This document shows, one piece after another, positions 33,360-38,840 of a stretch of 38,840 nt of DNA. The DNA comes from Omnitrophica WOR_2 bacterium RIFCSPHIGHO2_02_FULL_67_20 (lineage in GTDB: Bacteria; Omnitrophota; Gorgyraeia; Aquiviventales; Aquiviventaceae), in the NCBI GenBank assembly GCA_001805695.1, contig MHGT01000036.1, positions 4,146 to 42,985 on the forward strand, in the 5' to 3' direction. Under the pieces are notes generated by a model that was not told the origin of the DNA, ran no database searches, and saw only the letters and a list, made by a program, of their open reading frames with translations. Positions within the stretch are counted from its first letter, which is position 1; every line of letters starts with the position of its first letter. The translations under genes were made by a program, and so were the position numbers.

Positions 33360-34363
33360 CACGCGCGCTGGTCACGGGCGGAGCAGGATTCATCGGCAGT
33401 CACCTGGTCGAGCGGCTGCTCGCCGACGGCCACACCGTGACGGTGCTGGATGACTATTCCTCCGGCGGACCGCGCAACCTCGCGCACCTCGTGCCCCACC
33501 CACGGCTCACGGTGCATCAGCAGGATGTCGCCGATGAGGCCGCCGTCGCGCCCTTCTTCCGCGGCGTGGACTGGGTCTTTCATCTGGCCGCCCTCGCCGA
33601 CATCGTGCCCTCCATCCAGCACCCCCTGCGCTACCACCACGCCAACGTGGACGGGACCATCAGTGTGCTGGAGGCCTCGCGCGCGGCAGGGGTCAAGCGG
33701 GTCGTGTACACCGCGTCCTCCTCCTGCTACGGGATCCCGGACGTCGTTCCGACGCCGGAGGAGGCCCCCATCCGGCCGATGTACCCCTATGCGCTGACGA
33801 AGTACCTCGGCGAAGAATATGCGCGGCACTGGGCCAAGGTGTACAAGCTGCCCTGCGTGTCGCTGAGGCTCTTCAACGTCTACGGGCCGCGGGCGCGCAC
33901 CTCCGGCGCCTACGGGGCCGTCTTTGGAGTCTTCCTCGCGCAGAAGCTCTCCGGCAAGCCGTTCACCGTCGTCGGAGACGGGTCGCAGACGAGGGATTTC
34001 ACGTTCGTGACCGACGTCGTGGAAGCGTTCCTCCGGGCCGCCGCGTCGGAGGTGGCCGGCGAGGTGCTGAACGTCGGGTCGGGGGACACCTACCCCATCA
34101 TGAGCCTGGTGGAGCGGCTGGGCGGGGGAACCATCGTCCACCTGCCGAAGCGGCCCGGGGAACCGGACTGCACGTTCGCGGACATCACGAAGATCCGTCG
34201 CCTGCTGGGATGGAACCCGCGGGTGACGTTTGACGAAGGAGTGCGCCGGATGCTGGAACATCTCGACGAGTGGAAGGAAGCGCCGGTCTGGACGCCGGAG
34301 TCGATCGCGCAGGCGACCCGGGAATGGTTCCAGTACCTGACCCCTGAACGGGCGGCCTCATGA
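33356..34363 (+). CDS. NAD-dependent epimerase/dehydratase (SDR)
   Basis: [23 protein letters not shown] and YALTKYLGE. Its ATG overlaps the previous stop (ATGA). Confidence 0.9.
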   Translation: MTRALVTGGAGFIGSHLVERLLADGHTVTVLDDYSSGGPRNLAHLVPHPRLTVHQQDVADEAAVAPFFRGVDWVFHLAALADIVPSIQHPLRYHHANVDGTISVLEASRAAGVKRVVYTASSSCYGIPDVVPTPEEAPIRPMYPYALTKYLGEEYARHWAKVYKLPCVSLRLFNVYGPRARTSGAYGAVFGVFLAQKLSGKPFTVVGDGSQTRDFTFVTDVVEAFLRAAASEVAGEVLNVGSGDTYPIMSLVERLGGGTIVHLPKRPGEPDCTFADITKIRRLLGWNPRVTFDEGVRRMLEHLDEWKEAPVWTPESIAQATREWFQYLTPERAAS

Positions 34364-35925
34364 GCGAGCAGGCGGCCGTCGCAACCGGATCCAGCGCCTC
34401 CGCGCGATCCGGCAAGATCAGGACGTTGAGCGAGCTCGAACGGATTCTGCAGGAGGCGCGCTCGGCAGGCCAGCGCATCACCCTCTGCCACGGCGTGTTC
34501 GACATCGTCCACCCGGGGCACATCCTGCACTTCAAGCAGGCCCGCGAGCAGGGCGATCTCCTGGTCGTGACCATCACGCCGGATCACTACGTCCGCAAGG
34601 GGCCCGGCCGGCCGGTCTTCAACCAGCGGCTCCGGCTGGAGACGATCGCGGCGCTGGAGGACGTCGACTACGCGGCGCTCAACGAGTGGCCGACGGCGGT
34701 TGAGGCTATCAAGCGGCTCAAGCCGCACATCTACGTGAAAGGCAGCGACTACGCCAACCCGTCGGCGGATCTCACCGGGCGCATCATTGAAGAGGAAGCC
34801 GCGGTGCAGTTGGTGGGCGGACGGATCTTTTTCACCGACGGCGAGACCTTCAGCTCCAGCGCCCTGATCAACCGCTTCTTCAGCGCCTACCCCGAGGCGA
34901 CCCAGACCTACCTGCAGGCCATCCGGTCGCGCTACAGCGCCGATCGGGTCATCGAGCGGCTGCGCAGCCTCTCAGACCTGCGAGTCCTGGTGGTCGGCGA
35001 GGCGATCTTGGATCAGTACTGTTACTGCCTCCCGATGGGCAAATCCCCGAAGGAGACGATCGTCTCGACGCGATACGCATCCGAGGAGCATTTCGCCGGC
35101 GGCTCCCTGGCCATCGCGAACCACCTCGCCGGATTTTGCCGCGAGGTGACGCTGGTCACGGCGTTCGGGGCGGATCCGGAACACGCCCGTTTTGTGGAGT
35201 CCAAGCTGCGCCCCAACGTCCGGCTCGAAGCGATCATCACCGGTGATCGGCCGACCGTCACGAAGCGCCGGTACCTTGAGCCGAGCTTCCTCATCAAGAT
35301 GTTCGAGGTGCAATACCTCGATGATACGCCGGTTCCTGAACCCATCGAGCGCCAGGTGGCCGCCCGGATCGAGGCGAATCTTCAGGGACACGACTGCGTG
35401 GTGACCGCGGACTTCGGCCATGGCCTGATGACCGAGCGGCTGCGGACATTTGTCTCGTCAGCCGGCACGTTTCTCGCTCTGAACACGCAAAGCAACAGCG
35501 CCAACCTCGGGTTCAACCCCGTGACCAAGTACGAGCGGGCGGACTTCGTGTGCGTGGACGAGCCGGAGCTGAAGCTGGCGGCCAGGGACCGGTACGGGGA
35601 TCTCCAGAGCCTGGCCTCCAGCGTGAAGCAGCATCTCCGGGCGGGCTGTTTTCTGGTCAGCCGGGGGGCGAACGGCTCGTTCATCCTCTCAGATCGGTCG
35701 CCCGTCGTCGAGACCCCGGCCCTGGCGGTCAAGGTGGTGGACCGGACGGGCGCAGGGGATGCGCTCTTCGCCGTGACCTCGCCGTGCGTCTTCAGAGGAT
35801 TCCCGATGGACATGGTGGGATTCATCGGCAACTGCGTGGGGGCCTTGGCGGTGGAGATTGTCTGCAACCGCGATCCGGTGGATCCCGTGCTCCTCTATAA
35901 GTTCATCACCAGCCTGCTGAAGTGA
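34360..35925 (+). CDS. Bifunctional cytidylyltransferase-fold nucleotidyltransferase / PfkB sugar kinase (HldE/RfaE-like, domains in reverse order)
   Basis: The N-terminus has CHGVFDIVHPGHILHFKQAREQGD.LVV (HxGH nucleotidyltransferase). The C-terminus has VLVVGEAILDQYCY...GGSLAIANHLAG...DRTGAGDALFA (PfkB kinase). Confidence 0.82.
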   Translation: MSEQAAVATGSSASARSGKIRTLSELERILQEARSAGQRITLCHGVFDIVHPGHILHFKQAREQGDLLVVTITPDHYVRKGPGRPVFNQRLRLETIAALEDVDYAALNEWPTAVEAIKRLKPHIYVKGSDYANPSADLTGRIIEEEAAVQLVGGRIFFTDGETFSSSALINRFFSAYPEATQTYLQAIRSRYSADRVIERLRSLSDLRVLVVGEAILDQYCYCLPMGKSPKETIVSTRYASEEHFAGGSLAIANHLAGFCREVTLVTAFGADPEHARFVESKLRPNVRLEAIITGDRPTVTKRRYLEPSFLIKMFEVQYLDDTPVPEPIERQVAARIEANLQGHDCVVTADFGHGLMTERLRTFVSSAGTFLALNTQSNSANLGFNPVTKYERADFVCVDEPELKLAARDRYGDLQSLASSVKQHLRAGCFLVSRGANGSFILSDRSPVVETPALAVKVVDRTGAGDALFAVTSPCVFRGFPMDMVGFIGNCVGALAVEIVCNRDPVDPVLLYKFITSLLK

Positions 35926-36962
35926 TGGGGATGTCTGTGCGATTTCCTCGCGTGGCGGTCATCGGGGGCGCCGGCTATGTCGGAAGCGCCTTGGTGCCCG
36001 CACTCCTGGCGGCCGGCTATGAGGTGACGGTGGCGGACCTCTTCCTCTTCGGGGAGCAGGTCTTCGATGGACTCAAGGCGCGCTCGTCCCTGCGCACCGT
36101 CAAAGTCGATATCCGGGATGAGGCCGCGCTCACCGCCGCGCTCCGAGGCGTTGAGGCGGTGATTCATCTGGCCTGCATCTCCAACGACCCGAGCTTCGAG
36201 CTGAACCCGCGGCTGGGCAAATCCGTCAACTACGACGCGTTCTTCACCATCCTGCGCGCGGTCCGGTCCAACGGCGTGAAACGGTTCATCTACGCCTCCA
36301 GCTCCAGCGTCTACGGCGTCAAGGACCAGCCGGAGGTGACCGAGGAGACACCCTGCGAGCCGCTCACCGATTATTCCCGCTACAAGCTCTTCTGCGAGCA
36401 GGTGCTGCGGTCGGAGGGGGTGGGGGAGGGCGAGTGGGTGATCGTGCGCCCGGCGACGGTCTGCGGCTACGCGCCGCGGCTGCGGTTGGATCTCACGGTG
36501 AATATCTTGGCCATCCACGCGCTGGTCAACAAGCGGATCCGGGTCTTCGGCGGGGCCCAGCTGCGCCCCAACCTCAACATGAAGGACATGGTGGCCGCCT
36601 ACCGGCTCCTGTTGGACGTCCCGCGCGAAGCGGTCCACGGGAAGACCTTCAACGTCGGGTACCAGAATCGCACCGTCGCCGAGATCGCCGAGCTCGTCCG
36701 GAGCCGCATCGGCGACCCGGGCATTGCGATTGCGATGGAGCCGACGGACGATCTGCGCTCCTACCACATCAACTCGGATTGGATCCGGCGGGCGCTGGGC
36801 TTCGTCCCCCGCTGGACGATCGAGGACGCGATTGACAGCCTCTGCGCGGCATACCGGGAGGGGAAGATCCCGGAGCCGCTCACCCATCCGCGGTACTACA
36901 ACATCAAGACCATGCAGGCCCTCAAACTGGAGGAACAGCTCGTTGCCTCATCCCGCAGCTGA
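35925..36962 (+). CDS. NAD-dependent epimerase/dehydratase (SDR)
   Basis: VAVIGGAGYVGSALV, ASSSSVYG and YSRYKLFCE. The start overlaps the previous stop; GTG 35922 and ATG 35931 are alternatives. Confidence 0.85.
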   Translation: MGMSVRFPRVAVIGGAGYVGSALVPALLAAGYEVTVADLFLFGEQVFDGLKARSSLRTVKVDIRDEAALTAALRGVEAVIHLACISNDPSFELNPRLGKSVNYDAFFTILRAVRSNGVKRFIYASSSSVYGVKDQPEVTEETPCEPLTDYSRYKLFCEQVLRSEGVGEGEWVIVRPATVCGYAPRLRLDLTVNILAIHALVNKRIRVFGGAQLRPNLNMKDMVAAYRLLLDVPREAVHGKTFNVGYQNRTVAEIAELVRSRIGDPGIAIAMEPTDDLRSYHINSDWIRRALGFVPRWTIEDAIDSLCAAYREGKIPEPLTHPRYYNIKTMQALKLEEQLVASSRS

Positions 36963-36984
36963 GACAGTCCGGTCCGCGCCGCGC

Positions 36985-38091
36985 ATGCGCGTACGCTACT
37001 CGTACCTGCCGCAGCAATTTGCCGAGCCGGAGGAGATCCTGGCGGCCATCCGGGCGCACCTGCAGACGTGCCACCTCACCCTGGGGCCGGAGGTCGGGCA
37101 GTTCGAGCGCGCGTTTGCCTCCCTCATCGGCACGACGTTTGCGATCGGCGTGGCCAGCGGCACCGATGCGCTGGCGCTGAGCCTCCGGGCGCTTGGGATC
37201 GGCCACGGGGATGAGGTCATCACCGCCGCCAACACGTTCATCGCGACAGTGGGCGCCATCAACGCGGCGGGGGCCCGGCCGGTCCTGGTCGATGTGACCC
37301 CGGCGTTCACCATCGATCCCGGCCGCATCGAGCGCGCGATCACGGCAAGGACGAAAGCGGTCATTCCGGTCCACCTCACCGGCGAGGTTGCGGACATGGA
37401 GCCGATCCTGGCACTGGCCAGGCGGCGCCGGCTGCAGGTCGTCGAGGACGCCTGCCAGGCGATTACGGCATCGTCCCGAGGACGGCGTGCCGGCGCCATG
37501 GGTGTGCTGGGCGCCTTCAGCCTGCATCCGCTCAAGAACCTGAACGTGTGGGGAGACGCGGGGGTGATCGTGACGAACGACCCGGCGCTGAATGAGCGGC
37601 TGAGGCTCCTGCGCAACCACGGACTGAAGAACCGGGATGAGGTGGAAATCCTCGGCTACAACAGCCGCCTGGATTCGATCCAGGCTATCGTGGGGAACTG
37701 GCTGATCCGCCAGGTGGACGACATCACCAATCGCCGGATCGCCAACGCGGCCGCCTACGATGCGGCGTTCGGAGATCTGGATGGGGAGATCACGGTTCCG
37801 CCGCGGCGGCCCGACGTCCGGCGCGTCTTCCATCTCTATCAGCTCTATGCCAGGCGGCGGGATGCGCTCTACCGCTATCTCCACGCCAACGGCATCGAGG
37901 CGAAGATCCACTATCCGATTCCGCTGCCGCTCCAGCCCGGCCTGGCGCACCTGGGGTACCGCCCGGGGGATTTCCCGGAGACGGAGCGCCAGGCGGCGTC
38001 GCTCATCACCTTGCCGGTGGACCAGCACCTATCGGAGGAGCAGATCCGCTACGTGATCGAGGTGGTTCGAGAGTTCTGCCGGAGCCGATGA
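36985..38091 (+). CDS. DegT/DnrJ/EryC1/StrS-family sugar aminotransferase
   Basis: GVASGTDALALSL, FSLHPLKNLNVWGDAG and LRNHG. Confidence 0.92.
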   Translation: MRVRYSYLPQQFAEPEEILAAIRAHLQTCHLTLGPEVGQFERAFASLIGTTFAIGVASGTDALALSLRALGIGHGDEVITAANTFIATVGAINAAGARPVLVDVTPAFTIDPGRIERAITARTKAVIPVHLTGEVADMEPILALARRRRLQVVEDACQAITASSRGRRAGAMGVLGAFSLHPLKNLNVWGDAGVIVTNDPALNERLRLLRNHGLKNRDEVEILGYNSRLDSIQAIVGNWLIRQVDDITNRRIANAAAYDAAFGDLDGEITVPPRRPDVRRVFHLYQLYARRRDALYRYLHANGIEAKIHYPIPLPLQPGLAHLGYRPGDFPETERQAASLITLPVDQHLSEEQIRYVIEVVREFCRSR

Positions 38092-38840
38092 CCCCGATGG
38101 TCCCGCTTGAGACGGCCGCGCGCGCCACACCGCGCGTGCCCTACGCCGACTTCCCGGCGCAGTTCGCCGCCCAGCGCGAGGAGCTGCTGGGCGTGATGGA
38201 GCGGGTCCTGCGCCGCGGGGATTTCATCCTGGGCGAGGAGGTCGGAACACTCGAGCGCGACATCGCCGCCCTGTGCGGGCTGCGCCATGCCGTCGGCGTC
38301 GCCAGCGGGACCGACGCGCTGATCCTCGCCTTGAAAGCCCTCGAGATCGGTCCGGGCGATGAGGTGATCACCGTGCCGAACTCCTGGATCTCCTCGACGT
38401 CCAGCATCGTGCTCTCCGGCGCGCGGCCCGTCTTCGTGGATGTGCGGGATGACTTCAACATGGATCCGGCGCTGATTGAGCCGGCGATCACGCCGCGGAC
38501 CAAGGCGATCCTGCCGGTCCATCTGACCGGACGGTGCGCGGACATGGAGGCCATCTGCGCCGTCGCCGCCCGGCACGGCCTGGCGGTGATCGAGGATGCC
38601 GCGCAAGCACTTGGAGCCGGGCTCACGGGGCGCGCGGCCGGCTCCTTCGGGACGATGGGCTGCTTCAGCTTCCATCCGCTCAAAAACCTCAGCGGCATCG
38701 GGGACGGCGGGATGGTGGTCACGCGCGATGACCGGTTGGCCGAGCGGCTGAGGCTCCTGCGCAACCACGGGCTGCGCAGCCGCGATGAGGCGATCCTGTG
38801 GGGGCTGAACTCCCGGCTGGACACCATCGATGCCGCGGTG
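38088..38840 (+). CDS. DegT/DnrJ/EryC1/StrS-family sugar aminotransferase (3' end beyond the window)
   Basis: The ATG overlaps the previous stop (ATGA). Motifs are GVASGTDALILAL, FSFHPLKNLSGIGDGG and LRNHG. The frame is open to the window end. Confidence 0.9.
   Translation, partial: MTPMVPLETAARATPRVPYADFPAQFAAQREELLGVMERVLRRGDFILGEEVGTLERDIAALCGLRHAVGVASGTDALILALKALEIGPGDEVITVPNSWISSTSSIVLSGARPVFVDVRDDFNMDPALIEPAITPRTKAILPVHLTGRCADMEAICAVAARHGLAVIEDAAQALGAGLTGRAAGSFGTMGCFSFHPLKNLSGIGDGGMVVTRDDRLAERLRLLRNHGLRSRDEAILWGLNSRLDTIDAAV

Overview
High-GC (about two-thirds G+C by eye) chromosomal window from a diderm bacterium, as shown by the presence of an LptD homologue. Every gene I can support lies on the + strand. 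The long antisense and alternate-frame ORFs in the track look like GC-driven shadows.

Left half (1-21.4 kb), housekeeping genes: a Cache/HAMP sensor fragment, a miaB-like relic, miaA, hflX, and a heat-shock operon (sigma70-like promoter + perfect CIRCE, hrcA, grpE, dnaK, a small membrane protein, dnaJ). These are followed by an FmdB zinc-ribbon protein, a VanZ-like protein, a His/Cys-rich membrane protein, DUF1015, accD translationally coupled to an orphan MalK/UgpC-type ABC ATPase, two tandem GGDEF diguanylate cyclases, a ROK glucokinase, a transaldolase and a long LptD.

Right half (21.5-38.8 kb), a tightly packed and often translationally coupled nucleotide-sugar precursor block:
- ugd, an rmlC-like cupin, rmlA, rmlB, rmlD
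- a UDP-N-acetylhexosamine 6-dehydrogenase paired with a 4-epimerase
- three DegT-type aminotransferases, four further SDR epimerases/dehydratases, and a UDP-xylose synthase-like enzyme
- an HldE-like kinase/nucleotidyltransferase with reversed domain order
- an L-2-hydroxyglutarate oxidase
- two embedded regulators: a LexA-N-terminal-domain-only protein and an EPS-type MarR fusion

I see no rRNA, tRNA, CRISPR array, transposase, integrase or recognisable defence gene.

The most unusual signals are non-coding:
1. At least eight intergenic loci share one architecture: n tandem 7-9 bp units, a short loop, then n tandem copies of the reverse-complement unit. They use five different unit sequences, and one 9-bp family occurs four times.
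2. A ~112-nt element occurs twice, with compensatory base-pair changes and a conserved alternative pairing.
3. A ~115-nt four-way-junction leader ends exactly at the accD start codon.

Several gene relics (a miaB TRAM tail, an SDR 5' stub, possibly a truncated lexA) point to past rearrangements. None of these claims could be tested against databases here.
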